Shown here one piece after another: positions 1 through 11,555 of a stretch of DNA of 64,000 bases. The translations under genes and the position numbers were made by a program. The first letter of the stretch is position 1. Every line of letters starts with the position of its first letter. The notes beneath the pieces were generated by a model. It searched no databases. It was not told where the DNA came from and worked only from the letters and a program-made list of their open reading frames with translations. The stretch comes from Mobula hypostoma (lineage: Eukaryota): contig NC_086109.1 of the NCBI RefSeq assembly GCF_963921235.1, positions 35,404,001-35,468,000 of the forward strand, given 5' to 3'.

Positions 1-27
1 TATATTTGCAAATGAAGATGATATCAG
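1..27 (+). CDS. GRM4: Group III metabotropic glutamate receptor (GRM4-like), 3' end of a coding exon (partial)
   Basis: Frame from nt 2 reads IFANEDDI + AG, followed by donor GTAACT at 28. FANEDDIR is a group III mGluR Venus-flytrap motif; phase 2 joins the exon at 1647. Confidence 0.85.
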
Positions 28-1489
28 GTAACTTCTGACATAGTGGGTGAGAGGAGTGTCAAATTTATGAGGCTTCGTGTTAGGTGGCAACATTTATGGA
101 GAACCACCGGTAGGAAGCTAAATTAAACAATGGACGCAGCTGGGTACAGTGGTCTTAGCAAAAGTCATTTATGACAGATAAAAGACAAGTATTAGACATG
201 TGAAGTAACAGAAAGAATGTCATGCATATCCCATTGAAGATGCCTTAAATCTGAACAAAAACAAAATGCTTGAAATACTCAGCAGGGAAGTCAGTAGACA
301 ATTCAGGCAAGGGTCAGCTGCAGGATGGCTTATTAACCTAAAAAGTTGCTCCTTCTCTGAAGTAAAAAACTGACCTGCAGGATGTTTTCAATACATTTTG
401 TTTTGTTTCACTTTCTATTTTTCTATTTTAATATATCATTTCCACTTTCTATTTTTGCATCAGCTGATCTGAAGTGGAAAGTTACAAATTTAATGCAAAG
501 TAATAAATCAATGGCAGATCAGCATTTCATCTCTTCTTCAATAACAAGTTACAAAAATTTAATTAACCATCTCAATGCAAGTCACATTATATTCATCAAG
601 ATGATATTAATAATATTGATAAGTGCCATCTTATTCATTGTAAAGAGTTCTAAAGGAAAATCATAACCTGGATTTTGCTGGTTTGTTTCATTTGTTGATG
701 TTGGTGCTGGTGGGCCCCGAATGCTTGCAGGGCCCATCAGCACCAATATCAGCAAAGAACCAAATAGGCTCTGTATTGAAGAGCCTGTAATTAAAAGGTG
801 GAGTTCAAGATCAGGACCTCTGCGCTGTACTGCCCACATTCAAGCCATCATTGTTCAGGCCTGTTCCACTAATGAGGCCTGAACAGTGGCTGGAATGCAG
901 ACAGAACAAAGCAGAGGTTCTTTCCTTGAACTCCACATCAGAGTTGGCAAAGATGGACACGGAGCTTTAACAGATGTGATTGTAAGTCATTTTAATGTTT
1001 TTATGTCTCTCTCACTCAAAGACATTAAAATTATTGATATGAATTTTAAAAAAATGTTTTAATAATAAATACAGTTAAAATGAATTAAAATATACCTAAG
1101 TGACATAAATATATAAAACTAAAGAAAAAAAAAGTTTATAATTATCTTGCCTTCCCCTTTTCCTGTTAAACTTATGCCTTTACAAACCCAACAAAGTGAA
1201 CGGAGATTTGGATTGTGTGCCTGGACTGATCACGGTGCAGTATCTGAAATGTATTACTGGGGAAAGCCCATGCCATGTCAGGACAAATTGACAGATTTCT
1301 CCGTGGGACACCTGGCAGTAATTCCAAATGATCTGCATTTCACAGCACTAACATGAAAGTCCAGAACTTTCTTCACATTGAACTTCACGACTCCCTTGTC
1401 AAACAATATACTGTTGTCCTGTAACAATGCAGTGTTTAAATTATAGCACTGTCCTCAGTTTTGTGCTGTATCCCCATGGGTGTTGTTTC

Positions 1490-1602
1490 CAGATGTCCGG
1501 GCTGCCCCTAGCACATTGTTAGGTTGTGCTGGTTGTTAACATAAACGACACATTTTCGACGTATATGTGAAAAATAAATGAATCTGAATCCGAACCAGAA
1601 TC
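1490..1602 (+). mobile_element. 3' tail fragment of a Rex1/Babar-like non-LTR element
   Basis: Ends TGTGAAAAATAAATGAATCTGAATC with short tandem repeats, resembling the tails of other Rex-like fragments in the window. Confidence 0.4.
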
Positions 1603-1646
1603 AGCATTAACGTTATTTCTTTACTGTTCCTTCCCCTCATCTGCAG

Positions 1647-1801
1647 GCGAGTGCTAGAGGCAACTAAAAGAGCCAATCAGACTGGTCACTTCCTGTGGGT
1701 TGGATCTGACAGCTGGGGCTCCAAAGTGACGCCAGTGCTGAAACAGGAGGAGGTGGCAGCAGGAGCTGTTACCATCCTTCCTAAGAGAGTTTCAGTCCAA
1801 G
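1647..1801 (+). CDS. GRM4: GRM4-like coding exon (155 bp), Venus flytrap domain
   Basis: Polypyrimidine tract and CTGCAG acceptor ending at 1646; encodes (R)[51 protein letters not shown](G); donor GTGGGT at 1802. [13 protein letters not shown] is closer to GRM4 than to GRM7/8 as recalled. Confidence 0.93.
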
Positions 1802-1837
1802 GTGGGTGAGTCTGGTTTGCCATCTCTTTCTTTCAAT

Positions 1838-2633
1838 TGTCACGTGTCCAGCAACAATGGATATGAAATTGAGTCAGGTTTTATAAACAAACAACGATAT
1901 TTATTAACCTTTACTCAAAAACATAGAAAAGTAAACAAACTAGCTTAACCGGAAGTTAACCGTTATGCGGCTATATCAAACAAACAGTCAAACTTAGAAA
2001 TACTTCTAAAAGGGGTAAACTCGAACACAGTCTTAAAGTAGTCAGTTGAAAAGTCCTCGTGATTTTTACAGTCTTTAAGGAGAGACTTTACTGCAGCAGC
2101 AATTCCTTCAAAGAGAATGACGAATCTGCTGATCACAGTCAAGCGATGCCACGTTGAAGCAATCACAAAGAAATAAAGGAGCTGACCTTTTCTCTCGGGA
2201 GGGTGGACACTGAACAAACCGTCCTGACCTTGCAGGGGTTTAAATCAAACGTGCGTGCCACAATTTCCCGGAAGATTCCGATTCCAAACAGTCGATCACT
2301 TCCAAAACACCGAACGTCATTAACTTTACCCGATCATTTGTTCCCGTACTTTGGTAAGGTCTTCACTCTCCAATACTAGACAGTAAAGGTAAAACAAAGG
2401 TGCAACAAACAAAAACGGGCAGAGATTGGCGAAGCTGCTGGCAACAACGTGCTTGCACCTTAAAATAGAAAGTAAAACTGCATCACACTTTGGCGGGCTT
2501 CCTTAAATACTGTAGGGAACAGGCCATCATGTGACATAACATCACCCCACGGTCATGAGACAATTACATCATCCCACTCACAAGACCATTACGTCATCCA
2601 ACTGTCCCGTGATCAAACTGTGGGCACGTAACA
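1838..2633 (-). mobile_element. Solo LTR (796 bp)
   Basis: TGTCACGTGTCC...GGGCACGTAACA inverted termini (TG..CA) and 4-bp TSD CAAT (1834-1837, 2634-2637). AATAAA (~1900) and a TATTTAA box (~2505) lie on the minus strand. Confidence 0.85.
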
Positions 2634-2659
2634 CAATATTATTGTCTGCAAATTAGTGT

Positions 2660-2870
2660 TAAAAGATTAGGTGGGACAGTGGAAAGCTGATTGGATGAGA
2701 ACTAACCAGTCAGGAGGAACGGACAAAGGGGGTATATATACCAGTGAAATATGGAATATACATGCCCAGGTATCATCCTTGTTGAAGATGGTAGAGTTTG
2801 TCATCGAAGCATCAATTAAAATTAATACCTGTGCTCGACTGGAAGCCCAAGAAGAGTATATTTGTCATTA
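2660..2870 (+). mobile_element. Penelope-like terminal repeat fragment (second family) with a degenerate hammerhead motif
   Basis: GATTGG/CCAGT boxes and TATATATA, then CTTGTTGA-AGATGGTAGAGTTTGTCATC-GAAGCATC, a decayed CUGAUGA-stem II-GAAAC layout. Confidence 0.45.
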
Positions 2871-3139
2871 TGCTTTCATTTACATTTTCATTTTCTTTCT
2901 CAGTGGTCTTTCGCAATCTTCGCTTTTAGTATGTTTCTAGTTTGTGATTCTGCGATCAGTATTCGTTTCCTTTTGATGAAAATTTATCATTAGTCATTGT
3001 TCATGAAACATAATTCCATTTAATTATCACTGAGTTACAGTCCTACCTGTTATACATTAACAGGGATAAATGTAAAAAAAATGATTTACTTTTTTTCCCA
3101 AACAATCAAAATTAAAACAAAAATAATGGTTTATTAAGC

Positions 3140-3870
3140 AGCCAGGCTTGTAAGTGCATGGAACATCCCGCACCAGTACATCCAGGTCTGATCCCAATTT
3201 ACAATGTGTTATATTTCTTGTGTCATTTTGGCCTCCTCAATAACTCTGACTATTGCTGGATTTGGGAACTGATAATATACATCAAGAAGGTCGCCATGGT
3301 TACACTCAAGTGACTACCTGCAGCAATTGCATGGATGTGGGTGTCAGAGTTGATGGTGATGGCTTTGTGCTTTATCAGTAACAGTAAAACAGTTCTCTGA
3401 GAAGGAGATTGGCATGTGTAGTGTTTTAATAATTACTTCTCAAAACACTTTTGGTGGGTTTTCTGTTAAGGTTTCAGCACATTTCATTTCTGAGTTGCCC
3501 AGTATGCATTATACACATCGCACTTTCAGAATTGTCTCGTATATATTACGGATGTGTTCAGTGGAGTAAAATCTAGAGTCATGCTTTCGTACTCATACAA
3601 TTTATGCTACAGGTGCCCCTCATGTTTCAGAAGTCACATTGTAATGTGCACACTTGGGTGTTTTTTGCATAGACAATAAGAAGCAACCAAGCTATCTACT
3701 TAAGTGTGGATTCCTGGTGGTGGTGACTCAAAAGTGTGTTATGCTGCTCAGTGAAGATCAAGCACTGTGTGTCCAAACATCAGGCATTTGCTGCAGTTAG
3801 TATTTAACTGGTAACTTAGTCATAGCTAAAACTGGAATTGCGTTCCATTGCTATTGACTAATGATTACGA
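3140..3870 (+). mobile_element. Highly decayed RTE-like LINE endonuclease remnant
   Basis: AGTGCATGGAACATC (SAWNI, similar to the xxWNV APE N-terminus) followed by GYT- and GF-like patches; heavily frameshifted. Confidence 0.3.
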
Positions 3871-3874
3871 AAAT

Positions 3875-4185
3875 GGTGTGGCATGGTTGCACGATAGTCC
3901 CTCACAGCTTCAGGGACAATGAATGAATTCTGGCATTGGGTGCTTACTTTATGGGAATTTGCACATTCTCTCTGAGGTCACATGCACTTGTCCCAAGTGC
4001 TGCAGTTTCTTCCCATGTCACAAAGATTTGAAAGTTGGTAATTGGTTGACATAAATTGCATCCTGTACAGCTACGGGGCAAGCAGGGGGATGGGGGTGCT
4101 GGAAAATGAATGGATATGAATTAATGGGATTGTTCTGATAGCTACATAGACTTGATGGACTGGATGACCTTTTTCTACATTGTGA
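3875..4185 (+). mobile_element. HE1/V-SINE-like element (decayed)
   Basis: V-domain-like GGAATTTGCACATTCTCTCTG..TGCAGTTTCTTCCCA..AAAGA..TAAATTGC followed by a CR1-type tail (CATAGACTTGATGGACTGGATGACCT). Confidence 0.6.
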
Positions 4186-4504
4186 GAGTTATGAAATATA
4201 AAATAAAATGTGAATCTGAATGTGCAGCCGAGCAATTTAAATTCAGTTGATTATAAAGCCAGTATATGTAAGTGATAGAAGTATTGAAAATGCTGAATTG
4301 TTTAAAAATCCATTTTGTTCACTTGATCTCCTTTTTCAACTGACCTCAGCAGGTCTGGCTGACATGTCTGCTGGCTGATAGCAATATAACAGATGTTTAA
4401 TTTCTGTTTAAAATGGTCTCAAAAATCACCTCCTTTAAGGTTGTGTGTATCCCACAAATGATTAAGAAAATTATTTACCAGAGATTGGAACTTATACTTC
4501 TAAG

Positions 4505-5145
4505 TCTGTGAAAAGAAGGCAAATGCAATGTTGACATTTATTTCAAGGGGAATAGAATATAAAAGCAAGGAGATAATGATGAAGTTTTATAACACACTAG
4601 TCAGGCTGCACTTGGAGTACTGTCAACAGCTTTGGTCCCATATCTCAGAAACGATGTGCTGTCATTGGACAGAGTCCAGAGAAGGTTCACGAGAATAAAG
4701 GGGTTAAATACAAGGAGTGTTTGTCAGCTTTGGGCCAGTACTCATTGGAATTTAGAAAAATACGGGGGTGGGGGAATCTCTTTGAAACCTACCGAATGTT
4801 GAAAGGAAAGGTAAGGTGGATGTGGAGAGGATGTGTCCTCTGGTTGGGGTATCCAGAACTAAAGGACAGAGTCTCAAAATTGAGATGCAACCTTTAAGAA
4901 CAGAGATAAAAACGAAGGTTTTTAGCCAGAGGGTGGTGAATCTGTGGAACGCTCTGCCACGGACTGCGGTGGAGGCTAAGTCCATGGGTATATTTAAAGC
5001 AGAAGTTGATAGTTTCCTGATTGGTCAGGGCATCGAAGGATATGGTGAGAAGACAGGTGTGTATGGGGGTTGAGTGGGATCCGGGATCAGGCAGAGCAGA
5101 CTCGATGGGCTGAAATACCTAATTCTGCTCCTATGTTTTATGGCC
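4505..5145 (+). mobile_element. CR1 LINE 3' fragment
   Basis: LVRLHLEYC-like and FSQRVVNLWNALP motifs of the CR1 RT C-terminus; CR1 3' hairpin and tail. Confidence 0.9.
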
Positions 5146-6329
5146 TAACTATAAAGTTAAGGGAATAACTTTATTTTATCTTTACAAGGTCCTCTGACAA
5201 AGGCAACACACTGTCCATCTCCCCTGCATCCCCACCTTGAATGTCAGCTGGGAAACTTTCTGGGTTTTCAGCCGAGGGTGCATTAAAGGAGGTTAGAGCC
5301 AGGCAAAAGCCTGGTCCATCTACACCTGTAAAATACAGGACAGCCCAGAGATGCTTGTTGCCCCAAATGAATTATGAACTGCAGCTGCCCCACAGAAGTT
5401 TGAAGGTGAAAACAATGGACAGTGAATTGATAGAATGTCGACCATCAGCGGCAGCTATGAATAATGATTTTAAATTACCATGCATTTCTGCTCTGGGCGC
5501 ATCCACGGGAAAACCAGACACTGATGGTTACATTCCAGTTTGAAAAGTTCCCTGACTAAATTCTGAATGGACCTCCGAGAAACATGTGGACCTTTTTTAA
5601 CATATTTCTTGAAAGTGCACAAGATAGCTCTTACTTGTGTCCATGCAGGGTAGTCGTTTATCCAGTATATCACGAAGGTTGTTATAAGACAGTCATAATT
5701 ATTTGAGATTTTTGTTTAATTTTCTTGCCCTTGTCGACCTATCCTAAGTCTTTAATCAGTATGTCTCAGTCATCATTGTGTTGATGAAGTAGTGGATCAG
5801 CTGTTTCCATGGTACCTGGATTTCTCAGAATCTACCATTGTTCTGCATGGTATTTCCTCCAACCATGTATAGTCGGTATATTGTTCACAAATACTCTCTC
5901 TGCTTCTGGCAATGACAGTAGGAACTTGGTTGATGCAGATTAAACTGCTCACCTCTCTCTGGAACTTACAGCATTGTACGTATATTTAAAGAGATATGTT
6001 AAATCTCCACATTTGTACTAAGACAGATTTGTCTCCTGGCATGTATTTGCAGTAGAAAGAAATGAAATAGCAAATATTTCATTCAATGATGTGGTAGTAT
6101 TTTGCCTGAGCTGCAACTGCAATGCATTTTTTTCCAATGTTTTTTACCTTTTAGGTGAACTTAAGTGCTACCCTCTAGAATGCTCATCTTGAACTTAATT
6201 CTAAAATGAGATATTAAAAATACAATTTCTGCCTTTGAAATGATGTTCTTGTATCCTCAAGTTTTATCTTTGAATTATGAGCTCTTTAATGGATGTGGGT
6301 TGCCACCTTTAAATTGTGTTTACCCTGTG

Positions 6330-7160
6330 GTGAGTCTGTGGGCCTGGCGATTATATGAAGTTAGACTGAGACAAGGACACAAGTAGCATTGATATATTTA
6401 AGGGGAAGCACAGTAGGTACAGGAGACAGAAGAAATAGCTATAACTACACAAAACGCATGGAATCCATATCTGGAATACCACATTGTATTTTTTTTAGGA
6501 AAGATATACCTATTCTGGAGGCAGTTCAGAGAATTTTTACTAGTTTGATATTAAACATGAAAGAGTTGGTTGAGGAAAGATAGAGCAGTCTGAACCTATT
6601 CTCTATGAGTGAAGATTTCTTTTGGAAACTTAATATTCCGAAGGTAGGTCATGACACATACGTCCACCTGTATCTCATTCATCCTGTCCATCTTGTCTGC
6701 CACCTTCTCTTCAACTTAAACTACTTTTTTTTCAGATCTTTCTCAGTTCCTATTGAGGATATTTGAACCAAAACTTCAATTCCATTTCTCACTCCATAGA
6801 TGCTGCCTGATTTACTGAGTTGCACTTTCTGTTTTTATTTCACATTTCTAGCATCTACATTTTCATTTAGATGGTGAGAGGAGGTTTCCACTCACGGTGA
6901 AATCCAAACCAAGAGACGGCCTATTTCAGGAATTCCATCCAACAGAGGGTCATGAATCTTTGTAATTCTTAAATCTGGAGACCTATGGAGGCTGAATCAT
7001 TGAATATATTTAAATCTCCTAAAAACAGATATTTGGACAATGGAGAAACAGTGGGAAAGTGAAGACAGAGCTGAGGTTAATGATAGTGATAATGCACAGT
7101 GACTTGGATCAAGAGGCTCTGAAGCCTACACCTTCAGTTGCAATATTCTTACATTCTATG
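6330..7160 (+). mobile_element. Decayed CR1 3' fragment interrupted by a PLE-derived piece (~6655-6870)
   Basis: RKDIPILEAVQRIFTSLI motif; insert carries ATAGATGCTGCCTGA typical of the PLE repeat. Confidence 0.6.
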
Positions 7161-8221
7161 TGGAACAATATATTGACAGCATGAGATAATACAAGGTAAG
7201 TGGAGTCTTAAGTACAAGCATACCATATCATTTAATCCAATAGTTTGTCTGAATAATTTCTCTCAGTCTAAAAGTTAGTATAATCAATTGCTAATCAGGC
7301 TTAGTTTTGGTTAGCAATGTTTTAAAATAATTTTTCATGATTTATATTTCACTTCCTTGTTTTTGTTTATTAGTTTTGAAAGAAAGAGTATTACTCTTAT
7401 TAAGTGAGCTTGTCCTGGTCAGAGCACATGCATAATTGAAATAAGAAGACTGCTATTTGTATTTGTTTAATGGTGTTATTTGTGTATCTGATGCACAAAT
7501 CTGGTGGCTATTCAGAGACCTATGAAAAATGACATTGGCTTAATTGCATACATTGACTAATAATCAATACAAGAATTTCCAGATACACAGATTGAAAAAT
7601 GCTGAGGAAGAGTAAATTAGGGAAGAGATGATCACTTACGTCCTCGCTGTCTCACAATATTTTGCCATGTCAACTCTCAAGTTGTGCCTTGCACCAGAAT
7701 TCTAACATTCAGTCTGTTTATTTTACGTCTCCAAGCATAGTCCTCAGTGCTTCGCTCGCTGCTGCACAGCCGACCCTTCTGTCGCTAGCACCAGTACAGA
7801 TACATCCAAGCTGAAATCAATAATGAAGTGTTATGTGTGTTTAACTGTAGGATGGTTCAGGGCATTTACATACTTGGAACATTAGCTTGGGGGATGAATA
7901 TTGAATGTAGTATTTCCTAAATGACAAAAGATAGGGATAAGAGTTCATACTTATGAAAAAAGGCATGAAGCTAAACTTCATTAAGATTTTTCTTTAAACC
8001 AACAAGTTTCATGAACATTTGCTAATATGAAGCAAGTCTGCATCTGTATCTGGGCTAGATTCTCAGCCATGTTAGTACGATGTGGTGCAAATATACAGCC
8101 TACAAACTACATTTGTTTATCATTCTACATTGTCGGCTTGTACCTGTCTCACTTATTTGTTTTTCATTCCTGTTTCTGGAAAAACTGACAATATTTGAGT
8201 CTGGTTTTTAAAATTAACTTA

Positions 8222-8300
8222 CTTCAAAGTTGCTGGTGAACGCAGCAGGCCAGGCAGCATCTCTAGGAAGAGGTACAGTCGACGTTTTGGGCCGAGACCT
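8222..8300 (-). mobile_element. Short PLE terminal-repeat fragment
   Basis: Near-identical to 40843-40917; truncated before the CUGANGA box. Confidence 0.75.
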
Positions 8301-10234
8301 TTAACTTGTTTATTCAGTTGAGTTTACTGAGACAATCATTGACTCATTGATTTGTGACCTTCGCAGAATCTTTTACCATTTTATCAACAATTGCTGACCC
8401 TGTTCCATGTTGTAGATTGAAGGCTAAATAATAATCATTTGAAAAAGTTGTTTTGAACAATTCTTTTCATATCTTGCAGGGACATATTGCAATGATTTGT
8501 TATATTATGCAATGTAAATTAGTAGCCGATCCTCTACGGATGCTGTGAGTTTGTTAATGTTTTCAAGATACAGTTTGTCAATACTCTTTTAATACTGGTG
8601 GAATCATGTCAGAATTAGTTTAAGTTGATCCAGTTAGATTTTGATAACATAAAGACCTGAGGCAAAATGTTGTATTTCAGACTTCCAATTACCACATTAG
8701 TATTTTAATAGAGTACTGTGATCATTGGAGCACTCATTTACTTTTTAATGATTGTTTTATGGCAATTGCATAGCAATTATTCTCAAATCCCGTCCTAAAT
8801 TATTTCTCATATTTCCTTGCCGCACTACCTATGCTGTTTAAAGGTAGCTATTAATTACTCTTGAAGCCTGACATGCTGTTAGTGGAGAACGTGTACTTGC
8901 TTCCTGCTGCTGCTACCAAGTGCCACAGCAAGCCTGAAGCCACATACCATGTGAATTCCAATTTAAAGTTCAAAGCAACTTCTATTCTCCAACAAAATTG
9001 AATTGCTAACAATGCCAGGTTAATGTTTGATAAAATTGATTAGCTTTCCATTACTTTCACAGAATGGCTGCTGTGGACTGGGCTGAATTGTACTGAAATC
9101 TTCCTTTTACTCCCCAACTGCAGCAGATCAATGAACCAAGCACTTAAGAGTGAAACTAAACTAACACCTGTGCAAGCTTTTTGTTGCTTCCACGGCTGAA
9201 GTTCCTCTTCTTTCCCCCAGTCATTTTGTTTTTTTCCATTGGAGAGCACTAAGCTTACTCAGAGAGTCTTAATCCCAAATAAAGCCATACAGGAAGGGTA
9301 AATGAAGTTGGATTTGGATGGAAACTTGTCATAATAAAGCATTAAAAAGAAGGTTGATTACTGTTGTCCTGAATTAATTTCTTAAGAATATTTAAACAAA
9401 CCAATTTAAAATTTAACATGTGTCAAAGAAGAATGAGGCTCCAGTCCCAGGTCAGAGATACCAACATCAAAAGCTCCCCTTTGAAGACTACAATTGAGAG
9501 GACCCTTTCCCTAACCCATAATGGAGGGAGAAAGAATGAGCGAGGGAGAGCCAGTGCTGAGTGAGGGAGGAAGAGCATTGAAAGAGAGTGTACAAATGCT
9601 TAGAGTGGGGTTCCCAACTTTTTTAATACCATAGACCCTTACCATTAACCAAGTGATTCACAGACACCTAGTTGGGATGAGGAAGAGAATAGAAGCACTG
9701 AAGGAGATGAAGAGCTAAAAATCATAACTCATCAATTCTATTATGCAGGACAATATTAATATGGAAACCATGATTTAATTTCAGCCAGTTTATTTAGTTA
9801 AATCATATTTAATAGTTACCACTTGGATAACAAATGTGTTGTTAGATTCCCATCTGACCTATTTCCCTTTCTTGTTTCCAACTGCAGCATGATCAGCGGA
9901 AAGTTAAGAGTGTTAAGACCCTGTCTATTCTGAATGATGCTTTTGGGCCTTGGGCAGCAGTCAATTTTTACAGCCAGAGACTCCTCATAAAAGACATGAA
10001 TTCATTGCCCCATTACACACAACTCACTTAATGTATTCCTTCTCAGCCTCCAAAGAATTTCCTGGCCTTTTGGCATCAATTTGCTTTGTGCAATGCACAT
10101 TAAAAGGTGTTTTTGGATTATATTGTTCAAGGACTGTTGCCTATGAACAAATGAAGGCTTTATGATAGTGTGATCTGTTAGCATGAAACAAACAATATAG
10201 ACATACGTAGAATGATGTCTGTTTTATCTTGTCA

Positions 10235-10465
10235 CGAACAAGAAAAAATCTGCAGATGCTGGAAATCCAGGTAACACACACAAGATGCTGGGGGAGCTCA
10301 GCAGGTCAGGCAGCATCTATGGAATAGAGTACAGCTGAAACTTTGGGTCAATACCCTTCAGCAGGGCTGAATGGTCCTGCTGAAGGCTCTTGACCTGAAA
10401 CATCGACATACTCTTTCCCATAGGTGCTGCCTGGTCTGCTGAGTTCCTCCAGCATTTTGTGTCTG
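10235..10465. mobile_element. Fold-back (head-to-head) PLE terminal-repeat pair with hammerhead-like motifs
   Basis: Arms of about 90 bp (10277-10367 and 10374-10462) are reverse complements around a 6-nt spacer; both carry CTGCTGA-AGG. Confidence 0.75.
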
Positions 10466-10659
10466 TTATCTCCTTTATCTTGGTTGACCATTTCTTTTCC
10501 CACTCACCTTCTTTCATTTACTCCTTATTCCTTACTTAGTATCTATAAATCTACAGGCTTTGTCTTGGTACAGGATATACATAATCCTCTTGGCATAGTG
10601 CATTCTAAAGAATGATTACCCCAAGGGAAGAAGTTTTTTTTTTCATTTCTGCTCAGGAG

Positions 10660-10960
10660 TGCATCCACAAGAAGCACTGTCACAAGAAAGCAACATCCAT
10701 TATCAAGGAATCCCAACTCCTTGCCCCCACCAGGAAGGAGGGATGGGAGCATTAAGTCCCACAGCAGCAGGTTCAGGAATAGTTATTCCTCCTCAACCAT
10801 CAAGCTCCTAAACCAGCGTTGGGTAGCTAGCTTCACTCATCTCAATGCCAAAGGGATTCCACAACCCAAGGACGCACTTTCAAGGAATCTACCACTCATG
10901 TTACTGGTTTTTGCTAAATATTTATTTATTTTCTATCTATTTATCTATTAATTAATTACT
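10660..10960 (+). mobile_element. Rex1/Babar-like LINE 3' fragment
   Basis: SIIKE..PPGRR..SIKSHSSRFRNSYSSSTIKLLN, the typical Rex1 C-terminal (DUF1891-region) motif. Confidence 0.7.
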
Positions 10961-11164
10961 TAATTAATTTGTTCTAGACACCAATCCATGGAAACATCAA
11001 CTTGGCATTTACTTAATCAAGGCCTGTAAAGTTTTTTGTTCTTCCAATGTGATCATCTCCCAGTTTTTCTTTTCCAAGTCAATGGAGTATAGAATCTGTT
11101 CATCTCCCCTCCATGGATAAACTCAGTAACTCAACAATCAAAATGCTGACTCTTCATTACAAAT

Positions 11165-11394
11165 TTGTGTTGGGCACGTGGCCGAGTGGTTTAAGGTGTT
11201 CGTCTAGTTATCTCAAGGTCGTTAGTTCGAGCCTCAGCTGTGGCGACGTGTTTGTGCCCTTGAGCAAGGCACTTAATCACACATTGCTCTAGTCTGTGCG
11301 AGGAGTGGCGCCCCACAGACTTCCAATCTGCGCCTTGTAAGGCATGAAAATGCCCGACGCAGGCCTCTCATGGTCTAAGTCGATGTTCCCTCCC
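11165..11394 (+). mobile_element. tRNA-derived SINE with CORE-like central segment, intact with TSD
   Basis: A box TGGCCGAGTGG, B box GTTCGAGCC, CCCTTGAGCAAGGCACTTAA core; 13-bp TSD CTTCATTACAAAT (11152-11164, 11395-11407). Confidence 0.85.
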
Positions 11395-11555
11395 CTTCAT
11401 TACAAATAATCTGTCACACGTTTATCATTTGTTAAGTTGTGAGCCCAGAGCTCAGAGCTGTGTCTAATATTCCATGTGGGGATTCACCAAGGATTATGCA
11501 ATCTAGATGCTTGTACTCATCTTTTCAAGTACTCTTTCAATTGCAGTTAACACAT

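Noticed and set aside
7287..7318. Small hairpin ATTGCTAATCA..TGGTTAGCAAT
   Set aside because: An 11-bp AT-rich stem is plausible by chance in 64 kb.
11172..11245. tRNA gene
   Set aside because: A/B boxes are present, but it is the head of a TSD-flanked SINE with no convincing cloverleaf; the same applies to 56655-56727.
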